Source: Carpediemonas membranifera BICM (taxonomy: Eukaryota; Protista; Fornicata). From it: 64,000 nt of DNA. Each line of letters begins with the position of its first letter. Positions within the stretch are counted from its first letter, which is position 1. Made by a program: the position numbers and the translations under genes. Where the stretch lies: contig JAHDYR010000062.1 of NCBI GenBank assembly GCA_019828565.1, positions 1,436,421 through 1,500,420 of the forward strand, in the 5' to 3' direction. A model generated the notes under the pieces. The model worked only from the letters and a program-made list of their open reading frames with translations, ran no database searches and was not told the DNA's origin. Below are positions 43,284 to 54,253 of this stretch, in pieces.

Positions 43284-43679
43284 ATGTTGGCCGTGTCATC
43301 CAAGTTTAACTGTTGGACTGAGGAGAGCGGCGACTGTCTCATGATGATATTCAGACTCGGGCAGGCACGGTCGTGGTGCGACTCTCGACCCCAGCGACTG
43401 CCCCCACGCATCTCCGGTCGGCACCGCCTCCAGCATCATGCGGCCGCCTTGGACAGCCCCGGTTCAATTTTCGAAAAATCGTCGAATCTGGAATCGGATT
43501 CGGCTGAGTGCCGCCCCGAGCCCGAGGCCGTTCGTGGGCCTGAAACGGCAACTGACCGACGTCCCCCACGGCCAGCGCCCCTGACGCATCGCGATCAGTC
43601 GCGATTGCGATTCGGGGCGGACGACTCATCGGATCGAATCGACTGGGGCAGAAAGCACTCGCTTGAAACAAACAAGGAA

Positions 43680-44921
43680 ATGGACGCTGCTGAGCTCAAC
43701 TACTGTGAATCCGTCGACATCAACAAGACTGTCGTTCTTACCTACGGCACCCGCAAGCAGAGCACCTACTTCGGCGTTGGCGCCATCGCCAAGTTCGCTG
43801 ATGCTCTTGAGACCATGGGCGTCGAGACCGTCGGCTTCATCTGCTCTAACTCCGCCTACAAGCGCTGCGGCGCCTGGGAGCACATCGAGAAGATCCTCGC
43901 CGAGAAGAAGATCGAGCACCTCATGTACAACAAGATCGTCACCAACCCCACCTGCACCTCCATCGATGAGTGCCGCGACCTCTTCCTCCCCAAGTACAAC
44001 GAGAAGTTCTGTGTCGTCGCCATCGGCGGTGGCTCCCCCATCGACTCGGCCAAGTCTGTCGCCGTCCTCCTCGAGCACAAGGACAAGACCGCTCGCGAGC
44101 TCTACAAGTTCCAGTTCGCCCCCGAGCGCCGCGCCCCCCTGATCGCCATCAACATCACCGCCGGCACCGGCACTGAGGCCAACAAGTTCGCTGTTGCCTC
44201 GATCCTCGACGAGGAGATCCCCCTCAAGCCCGCACTCGCCACCCCCGTCATCTACCCCGACATCTCCATCAACGACCCCGCCCTTCTCTGCTCCACCTCT
44301 CCCTTCCAGACCGCCTGCACCGCCGTTGACGCCATGAACCACGTCACCGAGGCCTCCACCACCAGCATCGCCACCCCCTTCTCCACCAACCTCGGCCGCA
44401 CTGTCTGCAACCTCGTCGCCCACTACCTCCCCGTCGCCCTCAAGGAGCCCTCCAACCTCCGCGCCCGCTACTGGCTGCACTACGCCGCCTGCATCGCCGG
44501 CATGAGCTTCGACGAGTCCCTGCTCCACATCACCCACGCCATGGAGCACACCCTCTCCGCCTACGTCGCCAACCTCACCCACGGTCTCGGCCTCGCCCTC
44601 CTCCAGCCCGGCGTCGTCGCCCACATCTGGGCCGATGAGGTCGCCGCCAAGACCCTCTGCTACGTGCTCAAGCCCATGATCGGCGAGTTCGCTGGCAAGC
44701 CCGAGGAGGCCCAGGACGTCGCCAAGGCTCTCCGCAAGTGGCACGAGTCCGTCGGCATCAAGGACACCATGGCCACCATGGGCTTCACCAAGGACGGCAT
44801 CGAGAAGCTCGTCGACGCCACCATCGCCTGCCCCGGCATGGACGGCCTCCTCGCCCTTTCCCCCGTCAAGGTCGAGCGCGAGGACATGGCCCGCATCTAC
44901 CTCACCGGCTTCTTCGAGTAA
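43680..44921 (+). CDS. Iron-containing alcohol dehydrogenase, prokaryote type, intact copy
   Basis: NPT, AIGGGSPIDSAK, TAGTGTE, DAMNHVTE, LHITHAMEH, HGLGL (Asp/His metal ligands). Strong C-ending codon bias suggests high expression. Confidence 0.95.
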   Translation: MDAAELNYCESVDINKTVVLTYGTRKQSTYFGVGAIAKFADALETMGVETVGFICSNSAYKRCGAWEHIEKILAEKKIEHLMYNKIVTNPTCTSIDECRDLFLPKYNEKFCVVAIGGGSPIDSAKSVAVLLEHKDKTARELYKFQFAPERRAPLIAINITAGTGTEANKFAVASILDEEIPLKPALATPVIYPDISINDPALLCSTSPFQTACTAVDAMNHVTEASTTSIATPFSTNLGRTVCNLVAHYLPVALKEPSNLRARYWLHYAACIAGMSFDESLLHITHAMEHTLSAYVANLTHGLGLALLQPGVVAHIWADEVAAKTLCYVLKPMIGEFAGKPEEAQDVAKALRKWHESVGIKDTMATMGFTKDGIEKLVDATIACPGMDGLLALSPVKVEREDMARIYLTGFFE

Positions 44922-45030
44922 GTCATGCGTCTAAACATTTTATCTTTGGTTCATTCCATCGCCTGGGTTGACGGCTGGAGCCTCTGTTCTGCGGCCAGTC
45001 TGACCTATTTATGTCTAATGTTACAGTATT

Positions 45031-47232
45031 TCAGGTGCGGGGCCAAGCCAGTTGTGGCCCAAACTCGGGCGACACGAACTGCCTGTTCCCCCGCCCGCCC
45101 TCCTTGACAACGGGTCCATGCGATGTGGCCGCGAGGTTCGAGGACATCACCTCCTTGACCGACCTGACTGGCGCCCGGGCTGAGGCAGGGGAGGCCCACG
45201 AGTGCGACCGGTCGAGAACAGGTTCATCGTCGTAAATCTTCAACCGGGACGGAATACGGGAGGCGAGACCCGGGTCCGCGAAGTCGTTGGCCTGCTGGGC
45301 CGGGGTCAGTGCAGGCGGGGGTGGGGGCGTGAAGGCCTGTCCAGGGCTGTGCGGCGTCCGGCCATGGGTCGCAAGCATGTCAGCATACGTCATGGATAGG
45401 CTGCTCAGTGTCCGGGGCGTGTCGGCGGCGTCGAACTCGGGGGTCCGGGCCAGTCCGACTGGTGTGATCGACATGGCCCGCATGCTGCCCTCGAGAGAGG
45501 CGCTGGAGCCCCACTGCTGCGGGGTCGGCCTGAAGTCCGCGGTGATGGGCTCCGGCTTGGGCAATCTCCCGGGGCTGGGCGGGCCCGGCGGGTTCTGCCA
45601 CTTGGCCAAAATCGGTGGACCCTGCTTGACCTCCGAAAACGTGTCGATCTGCGATGGCTCGCGGTCTAGTCCCTCGCCCAGGCTGCGGGTTGCTCTGAAG
45701 TCCTTGGCAGCCACAGATCCCAGCTCACTCTGAACCACAGCGACGCCCGTCCGATGCGATATTTCGATCTCACGATCCTCGGGCGATGGTGAGCGGGCCC
45801 TCTCCACCCGCCGCTGCCGTGCGTAGGCTGCGGTGGTGTCCTCGACCGTGGCGGGGGTGGCCGAGCGGCCTCTCTGGGCGATCGCAGCTGCGGGGGGCTG
45901 TGGCGAAACCGAGTATGGGCTGGCCGTAGGGGAGGGGGCATGGGTCACGCCGGGGTGGGTCCCGTCCCTCTGCTCTGGGCATTCGAAGTCGGACTCGAAC
46001 CCTGGCGAGTCGGGTTTGGGTGTGGGGAGCTCGAGATCGACGTTGCCCGGGGTCGGGGGGAGGTTGAGGCCCTCGCCCCATGAGTTGACGATCTCCAGCG
46101 CCTGCGGGCTTCCTAGGTGGGCCCGGGCGAGCACGGCGTAGACCTCCGCCCTGCTGACGTCAGTGGCGCTGATCCTGGGCCGCTTCAGGGGTGTTCCCTG
46201 GGCTGGGGGCGGCAGTGACCCCGACGACCCGCCCCGGATGTGTGGCCCCGGTACCAGGCCCGAGCTCTGGTGCGGCGAGTATGCGTGGGGCGACTGGTCA
46301 TGGCGGGCCGGCAGGGTCGTCGGGCTCGGGGTCAGGTCGGCGTCGAACCCTATCGGGGGGACCGGCACCTGAACCGGCGGCGACTCCTGCTCGACCCCGG
46401 CCGGTGGAGGTGAGCTGGCCCAGTCGGTGTCGACGGGCCGCACCCTGATCCTACCTGCCGTCTGGGCGATCTTGGGGCGGGACTTGGGCTTCTGGCGGGG
46501 CGACTCATCGTCTTTTCTTCGGCGCGGCGTCTTCTTCGGGCTAGCGGGCTTCTTCACGGGTGTTCTCCGCACCCCTTCGGTCTTCTTCGCCTTGGTCACC
46601 TTCCTTTTCTTCGCCTCCTCCTTCTCTGCGATCTTTCTCCCAAGCGCCTTCTTCGCAGTCCTGTAGTCCTCCTCCAGTGCAAGTGTCGTCGGGTGGCTGG
46701 GACCGTGCGCCACCCCCGACACCTCCACAGCTGCCCTGTAAGCTGCTTGGGCGTCTTTGTTCTGCCCCACCATCTCTAGCTCCACGGCCAAGTTCCTGTA
46801 TGCTACCGCCAGCAGCTGGGAGGGGGGCAGGGCATGTGCGGTGAGGAGTTCGATGGCCCGCTTCGCCTGGCCCGCGGCCTTCGTGTGGCGATCCAGCTGA
46901 GATAGCACGCCACAGAGATTCAGGAGGGTGTTGGCTGTATTCTCGACGATGTCGACGTCCTGGCAGAGCGTGAGAGCGCGCTCATGGTAGCGGAGCGATG
47001 TTAACGGCTCACCGCGCTTTCTATATAGTATCCCGAGGTTATTATAGGTTAGAGCGCGGCATTGTATCCTGTCCTCCTCGTGATCCCACGGTACATCCGA
47101 TTCTGTGAGCTCTATTGAGTGGTTGAGAGATCGTTCCGCCAATCCAAAGTTCTCGTCTGAAATATGGCCCATCGCATCGGATATAAGAGCCCTGGTCTCA
47201 TCAGATGGATCGTCGACGTGGCTCATACTCAT
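45031..47232 (-). CDS. TPR-repeat protein with long Pro/Ser-rich disordered C-terminus
   Basis: ALTYNNLGILY, ANTLLNLCGVLSQL, AVAYRNLAVELE, HGPSHPTT. Confidence 0.8.
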   Translation of the reverse strand: MSMSHVDDPSDETRALISDAMGHISDENFGLAERSLNHSIELTESDVPWDHEEDRIQCRALTYNNLGILYRKRGEPLTSLRYHERALTLCQDVDIVENTANTLLNLCGVLSQLDRHTKAAGQAKRAIELLTAHALPPSQLLAVAYRNLAVELEMVGQNKDAQAAYRAAVEVSGVAHGPSHPTTLALEEDYRTAKKALGRKIAEKEEAKKRKVTKAKKTEGVRRTPVKKPASPKKTPRRRKDDESPRQKPKSRPKIAQTAGRIRVRPVDTDWASSPPPAGVEQESPPVQVPVPPIGFDADLTPSPTTLPARHDQSPHAYSPHQSSGLVPGPHIRGGSSGSLPPPAQGTPLKRPRISATDVSRAEVYAVLARAHLGSPQALEIVNSWGEGLNLPPTPGNVDLELPTPKPDSPGFESDFECPEQRDGTHPGVTHAPSPTASPYSVSPQPPAAAIAQRGRSATPATVEDTTAAYARQRRVERARSPSPEDREIEISHRTGVAVVQSELGSVAAKDFRATRSLGEGLDREPSQIDTFSEVKQGPPILAKWQNPPGPPSPGRLPKPEPITADFRPTPQQWGSSASLEGSMRAMSITPVGLARTPEFDAADTPRTLSSLSMTYADMLATHGRTPHSPGQAFTPPPPPALTPAQQANDFADPGLASRIPSRLKIYDDEPVLDRSHSWASPASARAPVRSVKEVMSSNLAATSHGPVVKEGGRGNRQFVSPEFGPQLAWPRT

Positions 47233-47543
47233 CCAGCGCCTGAGATCCAACGGGCGTTCTTTTGCTTAAGCTGCACCATGGTCAGAGGAGACGGCGGGAG
47301 ACCCAGCCCAGCTGAGCGGGGCAGGAACTGATAGTGCTTACAGGACACTCTTCACGCAGCAATAGTTGCCCAATAGCAATACCATAGTTTCGTCCCCCAG
47401 CCCCCATCATCTCATTAGACGTGCATCGTATCGACTGCCGCATTTGCAAAACAGATCATCCGGCAGTATGCGTTAGATGCGTGTTGACCGGCGTTGACTT
47501 GGTCAGCATATATATACGGGACCTGTAAGACATTCAAACACAA

Positions 47544-48098
47544 ATGGGTGGATCAGAGCATGCCAGAAGCAAATCCAGCGCATCAGTAAGGCATGCTACC
47601 GATGAAGATTCGCCCTCGTCATCAAGTCGCCAGCTTAATATTGAACCAACGAACCGTGAGCCAATATTCGGCTCTCCAACGCACATTAGGACGCTTCGCA
47701 CCATCGGGCGGCTACGTAGCGTTGGCTACAAGGACAAAGACTTCGAGCGCCTCTTCTCCCTGACGAAAGAGGATCTGGCCGTGATCAAGACGAAGACTGC
47801 AGACCACCGCCGGGTCAGACGAGCGAGCACGTCCGTCCGCTCGACCCCTGTATCACCGCAAGCATTCATAGAATCCTTCCGCCTGCCGACGTTTGCCGAC
47901 GACGACAGCTCCTCCGACGGCCTCACGGGTCGGACCATCTCCACCGCATCGGAACGGGACACCACCCGCTGCAACGTGGTCGGGACGGCCGCCGCCCCTG
48001 CACGGAAGAAGAGGGCTCCCATGGTCGTCAGGGTGGTCAGGAACGTCGCAAAGACTCTGGGACACGCCCTCGCACCCGTGTTCGGACCCATCCCGTAG
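47544..48098 (+). CDS. Hypothetical Ser/Arg-rich protein
   Basis: 184-aa ORF with ATG preceded by an A-rich context. Confidence 0.55.
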   Translation: MGGSEHARSKSSASVRHATDEDSPSSSSRQLNIEPTNREPIFGSPTHIRTLRTIGRLRSVGYKDKDFERLFSLTKEDLAVIKTKTADHRRVRRASTSVRSTPVSPQAFIESFRLPTFADDDSSSDGLTGRTISTASERDTTRCNVVGTAAAPARKKRAPMVVRVVRNVAKTLGHALAPVFGPIP

Positions 48099-48235
48099 CA
48101 CCCCGCACAGCTGACGCATCAGACGTATAATGCCATTATCTTATTGTACAATAGTGCTGAACCATGCATAAATGCAATTACACGTGAAGGGATAAATGTG
48201 ATACGTTAAGATAAGGGATGTTGTGTTCCTGATAT

Positions 48236-48964
48236 TTACGGTTGAGTTGGGCACACTAGGCTCTGGCAGCCCGTGAACGGCATGGGAGCCTGCTGGTAGG
48301 GGGCTGGCGTGAACATCGGCTGGGGCAGGCTGGGGATCGGTTCATACTGGCGGCCGGAAGCACGCGTCTGCAGTTTCTTGCTGTGGAGCACGAAAGCAGC
48401 AGGGATGCATATGAACATGCCTAACTTGATGGCGATAGCTGTGGCGACCGCTGAGATGATGCAGACCGAGAGAAGGACCACGAAGAGGATGATCACCACG
48501 GGAGACACCTGCGGCGTGTCTGGACCAGGCTCGGGCGTCCTGCCGATGGAGTAGCGGGTGTCCGTGCAACCCATGATGGCCGAGCCGTAGGCCAGGCAGA
48601 TGAAGTCCCGCTCGCCGTTAAACTGCGAGAAGTCAGCGCGCATGTGCCCGTCAGGCAGTTCGTACTGGAACTGGTAGACGGACGCGGTGACCTCGGTCAG
48701 GGCAGGATCGCCGGCCAGTACATCCTCGATGCTGGCATCGGGCTTGGAGGAAATGAACATGCTGAAGGAGGAACTCTCAGGGTGCATATGGTAGCACTCC
48801 TCATCAATCCAGAAGGAGATCTTGGGGTCCGTCAGCTTGTCGGGAAGCTCTACTTTCACGACAATGCCTTGGCTGTCGCAGTGGGGCGCAACTTGGAGCG
48901 CCGCAAAGACAACAGTGATGGTAGAAAGAAGCAGAAGTAATGTGGTCTGTGGGCATGGCCTCAT
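48236..48964 (-). CDS. Type I membrane protein (signal peptide, one TM, Pro-rich tail)
   Basis: MRPCPQTTLLLLLSTITVVFA; TM VVIILFVVLLSVCIISAVATAIAI. Confidence 0.7.
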   Translation of the reverse strand: MRPCPQTTLLLLLSTITVVFAALQVAPHCDSQGIVVKVELPDKLTDPKISFWIDEECYHMHPESSSFSMFISSKPDASIEDVLAGDPALTEVTASVYQFQYELPDGHMRADFSQFNGERDFICLAYGSAIMGCTDTRYSIGRTPEPGPDTPQVSPVVIILFVVLLSVCIISAVATAIAIKLGMFICIPAAFVLHSKKLQTRASGRQYEPIPSLPQPMFTPAPYQQAPMPFTGCQSLVCPTQP

Positions 48965-49147
48965 GTGATGCTGATGACACTGCTTGTGGTGGATCGAAAT
49001 CTCCTCATATCTGACCCAAATCTGAACACAATAATGAGCGAAAATGTCCAGCGAGAGCTCTCTGTGCACCCTATGTCTACACGACGGCCTGTGGTCGCCA
49101 AGTCGCTGTTGAGCAGTTTAAGGACGAACGCCTTTGAGCGGAAGACA

Positions 49148-49876
49148 ATGGCCGAGACTCCATTCTTGAAGCAGGTTATTGGGTACACAAATGTATTCTT
49201 GATACCAAATGAGGCAGGTACACGTTATATTCTGGTTGATGTTGGGCTTGCAAACGATCACAAGAAAGTAATCCGGTTTCTTGATCATTCTGGTGTTTCA
49301 TTCGAACAGATCGAGGTTCTATTCTTCACTCACAGGCACTATGATCACGTTCAAGGTGCCTCGAAGCTCCTCTCGAAGATCGAGGCCACCGGTGCCCACC
49401 CCCTTGTGCTGGCCCACACGGACGAGGTCCCCTTCATCCGCGACGGCGTGGTGGACATCCCCCCAAGCCTGTCCAAGCTGACCGTGGCCCAGTCGGCGCT
49501 GGGGAATTCTTTGAAGCACACGTGGCTCGGGCAGAAGCTCCTCGGCATCTCCCAGGTTCCCCAGATCCAGGCCTGGTCCGGCGATGCTGACCAGCTGCGG
49601 GCGATGGGGTATCCCGTCAAGATCATGCACACGCCGGGCCACACGAGCGGCGGGCTGTCTCTCATGGTTGAGGACCACGTCATCACGGGCGACGTCTGCT
49701 TCAACTTCCCGTTCGCACCGCTCAGGCCGTTGTTCGGGGATGATGAGAACCTGCTGAGGGCCAGCTGGGTGGCGTTCTCCGCTAAGGGCGCCACCACTCT
49801 TCACCCCAGTCACGGGGCGGCCTTTGCCATGGAGCGACTGCGGGCGAAACACCCCAACCTGCCCTGGGCTGGGTGA
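49148..49876 (+). CDS. Metallo-beta-lactamase-fold hydrolase (start uncertain)
   Basis: LVDVG, THRHYDHVQG (HxHxDH), HTPGHT, TGD, PSHG. Confidence 0.88.
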   Translation: MAETPFLKQVIGYTNVFLIPNEAGTRYILVDVGLANDHKKVIRFLDHSGVSFEQIEVLFFTHRHYDHVQGASKLLSKIEATGAHPLVLAHTDEVPFIRDGVVDIPPSLSKLTVAQSALGNSLKHTWLGQKLLGISQVPQIQAWSGDADQLRAMGYPVKIMHTPGHTSGGLSLMVEDHVITGDVCFNFPFAPLRPLFGDDENLLRASWVAFSAKGATTLHPSHGAAFAMERLRAKHPNLPWAG

Positions 49877-49928
49877 CGGGTATACGTGACACATAAATAC
49901 CGTGTGACATTAATATAAACCTAATCAT

Positions 49929-50999
49929 CTAGCCCTCTGGAAGCAGCAGCACGGCTGCCATGATGAGGAATCCGACGGTGATCAGACTCAGCTGGACCGC
50001 CTTGGCGTGCAGTGGGGACGTCGTTCCCTTGTGGATGCTGTCACTCAGCATCTCCACCACCCCCACATATGTAAATGTCCCCGCGCTGGCAGCCGTTCCG
50101 ATGACGACGACGACGTCCTTCACCGCCCCGTGGGCGAGACCCGCCGTGCCGAGCCGCAGCAGGGCGCCGGTTATTAACCCGACCGGCGTGACCAGGGTGA
50201 ACAGCCCGAGCAGGATGCAGGCCGTGAAGACGTTGGTGCCGTGGCTGAGGATGGCGGCCATCAAGGCCATGACCTCGAAGCCCTTGTGGGACACGATGGC
50301 GATCAGGAAGGCGATGGCGTCGCCCCGGTCGTCCGTGATGTCCAGCACGCCCAGGCCGAAGCCCTCGATGCAGGAGTGGAAGGAGAGCGCCGCCAGGAGG
50401 AACAGCGACGTCACGCCGAGCTCGAAGCGGTGCTTGCGGCGGTGCTTGTGCATGTGCTTGCGGTGCGTGGGCATGGGCGGGTCGGACTGCAGCAGCGCCC
50501 CGTCGCGGGGCTCGGGCATTGCATAGCCGTCGCTCTCACCCTCCGCGGTGACTGCACCTGACTCGGGGTCCGTCGCCAATGACGCCGTGGACTCGGGGTG
50601 GGACCCGGCGTATATGGCCATGCCGTCCGGGCCGTGGACGTGGTCGCCCACCTCGTTGTGGGCACTCGAGATGTGATCAATCGCCACCATGCACAGGCAT
50701 GTCACGGCTGCAATGGCCTCGGTGACGGGCAGGTTGCGGATCCATGAAGAGCCGACGACCTTGACGTAATCCGCCCGGCTCTCAGGCAGTAGATGGAGGA
50801 ACGCACCCCCAATGAAGATTCCTGAACAAAACAGGTTCATCCAGAGGAAGATCGTGTCCAGCTGGATCCTACGGCCGTTCCTTGGGCCTAGCGCGCTGAG
50901 GGCAACGGGCACGGACCCGCCGATGATCGACAGGCCTCATATTACTGTGCAGCAGAAGAGAGCCCACGCTATTGAGATAAAGACCTCATGAGCGTTCAT
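49929..50999 (-). CDS. ZIP-family zinc/iron permease with an in-frame TGA at codon 21 (50937-50939)
   Basis: FCSGIFIGGAFLHLLPES, His-rich loop, SFHSCIEGFGLG, HKGFE, TPVG, SAGTFTYV. ATG 50999 is in frame and completes TM1 across the TGA. Confidence 0.85.
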
Positions 51000-52181
51000 T
51001 TTCAAATGCTCTTCTCGATAGAATCTTTCAAGGGCACCACGAGATCTTCTGCGATCTTCAAATCGGATCACCGTGCACCCTTAGCATACGCCCAATAGCG
51101 GTGCGACCAGGCCCTGTGCCGCCCGACCCTACACTGTTGGAACCGCGCCGTGTCAAGCGGTGCAGCGAACCAATGTTACAGGACGTTCGCGGCATACCTG
51201 TATCACTAACCCCGCCGCCTTTGCTTTACTGGACAATGCTACCACTCGTGCCGCAATCCCCTGGTGACTCCCCGTCATGGGCACCTCTGCCGTCCTGAGG
51301 CCATAACACACTGTTGGCACATAACCTACTTGACACATAACCTAGCGCCGTCATCTACTAAGCGAACGGCGATGCCCAGCTTGTCGCCGACAAGCCCGCC
51401 CCCGGACCCCGCCTCATGCCGACCATGGACCTCAGTTGCCCGACCTACTGCGAGAGCTGGGCCATCGACTCCGCCTCCACAGCCTTACGGACCTATACCT
51501 CCTCGTCGTGGCTGAGGGCTTCTGCAAGGTCGGCCCGTTCGTTGCGGTAAGTCAAGGCCTTGTAAATCCTCCTTGCCTGCTACGAGCGGCCCTTCAGGCT
51601 AGCGCGAGGTGCGAGGTGCGAGATGTGTCCCACAGGCACGAAAAGGACGGGGTCGGGCTGGTACAGCCCACTCGCCTTGCTAGACCATTATTTTACAATT
51701 TTCACCATGGTTGACCGTCGACAGTGCCAACGTCAGGTCCACACAGAAGGTCGAGGCCTACCTCTATGCGTCCGCCCCACTGGAGATCCTTCAAGTCAAG
51801 CTGTCAACCCGAGCCAGCTGTTAAAGTGTGATAAATTCAAAGCCAACCACCATATGACAAGCAGTCGCCAACACTCTCGACTAGAGTTGATAGGAGTCAG
51901 GTCAGACCAGGATAGTGTCAGCCCAGCCGGACACCATTTTACCATTATTCGCCCCATCATTCGCCAACCTTGGGGGATGGGCGGGCATCGCCAGTGCAAT
52001 GTCAGAGTCGGTTCCCGGGTCGACCAGGATGATAGCTTCATAGGGCAGACCCGAATGGTCCTGTAGATGTCGAGCAGGTATGCTACGAACATAAGCCGAC
52101 CACCCTGGGAGTAACAACATGGCCATCTCTTCAGCACTCATTTACAACGTCCAACGCGGGTCCCATCCATCAATACCGATC

Positions 52182-53396
52182 TCACTCCCCCAGCCTGGCC
52201 ACACGGTCCTCCACGCTCGAGATGCGCTTCTCCAGCGCTGACATGACGCCGGTGACGTACTGCAGCTGCTGTGACAACGTCTGCATCGCTTGAACCATGT
52301 CAGTAGGAACTGAGTCGGGCTGCTGGGCCTCGATCATCACCGGTGCCGAGGGCTCGGGCGTGTGCTCCTCGAACTGCACAGGGGCGGTCTGGCCCGAGAT
52401 CGGGCGCTCCTTCATCATCCAGAGACAGATCTGGCCGAGGGTGTCGCACGACGCGAGCTTGCGGCCGTCCTTCGTGAAACGGACCGCAGTCACCGACCCG
52501 ACGTGGCCTGTGAGTGTGTGCTCAGTCCTACCCTCTACGGAGTTATAAATGTGCACGGCGGGCACAGGGTCGGCCACGCCCACAGATCCGACAGCGATGT
52601 ACTCAGATGACGCGTGCCACGACAGAGAACGCACCGCACCGGGCGTCTCGAACATCCAGATCAGCCCCTTACCGTGGGCTTCGTGGAGCCCGCAGCGTCG
52701 CAGCTCCCAGCAGAGCACGTTAGATCCCACGGCGGCGGCGATGAACTGGCCGTCCGGCGAGGGCGCGACGAGGGGCGCGTCGTCCTTGATGAGGCCCTTT
52801 CCAATAGTCTGGATCTGCTTGCCGCTCTCCGTGTTCCAGACACGGATGACGGCGTCGTCACCAATGGAGTAAATCATGTCGCAGTCAGGCGAGAACACAG
52901 CGCACCGGACGAAGTTGGTGTGGCCCGTGTAGCTGCGGACGAACGTGGCGGTGGGGATGGGCTTGGACTCCGTGGGAACGCCGATCTTGTGCAGCTTGAT
53001 CACGCGGTCGTTGCCGCACGACAGGATGTGGCGCCCGTCGTTCGAGAAACAGACGTGGTTGATTGCTGCGGTGTGCGCCTTCATAGCTACTGACCCGCCG
53101 CGCGCTGTCGGGGTCCACAGACGCATAGTGCAGTCCGCGCCGACAGAGACAGCAAGGCTGCGGCCATTCTCGTAAATCTTGTAGTCTACGCATGTGATGT
53201 TCTTCGTGTGTCCGAGGAAACGCAAGAGCGTGTTTCTGTCCTTCTGGCAGCGCCACACAGTCATCGTCGTCTCGGAACTCGTCACAAGCGTCTCACCATC
53301 AGATCCCCAAGCTGCAGCCGATATTGGTGCACTTTTCCCGGTTGCCTTGAGGCCAGTTGTGAACGTGGGCTCAATGGTGAGCGTGCTTGTCGACAT
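52182..53396 (-). CDS. POC1: POC1 centriolar WD40 protein
   Basis: WD40 repeats (RLWTPTARGGSVAMKAHTAAI, GHTNFVRCAVFSPD, TLTGH) plus the C-terminal Poc1 coiled coil QQLQYVTGVMSALEKRISSVEDRV. Confidence 0.85.
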   Translation of the reverse strand: MSTSTLTIEPTFTTGLKATGKSAPISAAAWGSDGETLVTSSETTMTVWRCQKDRNTLLRFLGHTKNITCVDYKIYENGRSLAVSVGADCTMRLWTPTARGGSVAMKAHTAAINHVCFSNDGRHILSCGNDRVIKLHKIGVPTESKPIPTATFVRSYTGHTNFVRCAVFSPDCDMIYSIGDDAVIRVWNTESGKQIQTIGKGLIKDDAPLVAPSPDGQFIAAAVGSNVLCWELRRCGLHEAHGKGLIWMFETPGAVRSLSWHASSEYIAVGSVGVADPVPAVHIYNSVEGRTEHTLTGHVGSVTAVRFTKDGRKLASCDTLGQICLWMMKERPISGQTAPVQFEEHTPEPSAPVMIEAQQPDSVPTDMVQAMQTLSQQLQYVTGVMSALEKRISSVEDRVARLGE

Positions 53397-53522
53397 CGAA
53401 ATTTTGGCCAAAACTGACAATTCCCGACGATAACTCAGGCGCGAGAGTCGGAATGTGTCGGCTATAGCAGGGTTTACTAACAGTGACAGGTAACAGAACA
53501 GACCAACACATAGAGAAACGCA

Positions 53523-54250
53523 CTATTTCACCACCGGCATCTCGAGCACAAGCCGGCCGCCCCTGTAGTCAGCGCTAACGGCCTCCGCGTCCACCGGGAA
53601 CGCGAGGGGCAGCTCTAGATGGTACTGCCCGGGGACTACGAGCTCCACCCACTGCGGCTCGACGTCCAGGTCGATGTCCTCGATGCGGGGCTGGGCCGGG
53701 AGGGCCACGGTGAGCCTGATGGCGTCCGGTGTCCCCGACTTAACCTTAAACTGAACACTAAAATGGTCAGACCAGTTGAGGGCCTCCTTGTATGCCACGG
53801 AGTACTCGGGGATCTCCGGCTCCGTCTTGGAGGCCGGCCTGGACGCGGTCACCTGAATCATTGGCTTGCCCGGGGAGGGGGCCTGCACAGGCTTGGTAGG
53901 CTGATGCTTAGCTACCTTCTTCGGCTGCTGCTTAGGCTGCGCGGGCTTGCGCTGGACGGGCCTAGCGGCGGCCTTTGAGGGCTTCTGCTGTGTCGCAGAC
54001 TGTGTGAACTCGGCGACCTCCTGCTGCCAGATCTTGGGGTCATTCCTGTTCTGCTCTTCGAGCTTCCTGATCTCCTCGCTATACTTCTGTGTGAGAGGGG
54101 GCTGAGAAAACGGACCAAGAAGTTTTCCGGGTCACTGATCTGCTTGGCGTAGTCGGCAAAAAGCTCTACGAACTTCGGGTCCTTGAAGCACTCCTTTATC
54201 CTATTCGCTTCCTTCTGACTGATCTTGAAGTCCTCCTTTTCGCCGCTCAT
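53523..54250 (-). CDS. Kintoun/DNAAF2(PF13)-like protein: N-terminal helix and CS domain; intron 54087-54115
   Basis: ISQKEANRIKECFKDPKFVELFADYAKQISDPENFL|KYSEEI matches the Kintoun N-terminus. PDAIRLTVALP...IDLDV...YHLELPLAFPVD...LVLEMPV is PIH1_CS-like. 29-nt GT...CACACAG intron. Confidence 0.75.
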
Positions 54251-54253
54251 TTC

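Noticed and set aside
43284-43679. 132-aa N-terminal extension of Fe-ADH in the ORF track
   Set aside because: It lacks the CDS codon bias and differs between the two copies upstream of the duplication boundary. ATG 43680 has the A-rich start context.
51000-52180. 1.2-kb gap with several short ORFs, possibly a decayed gene or element
   Set aside because: No motifs, terminal repeats or consistent frame that I could support.
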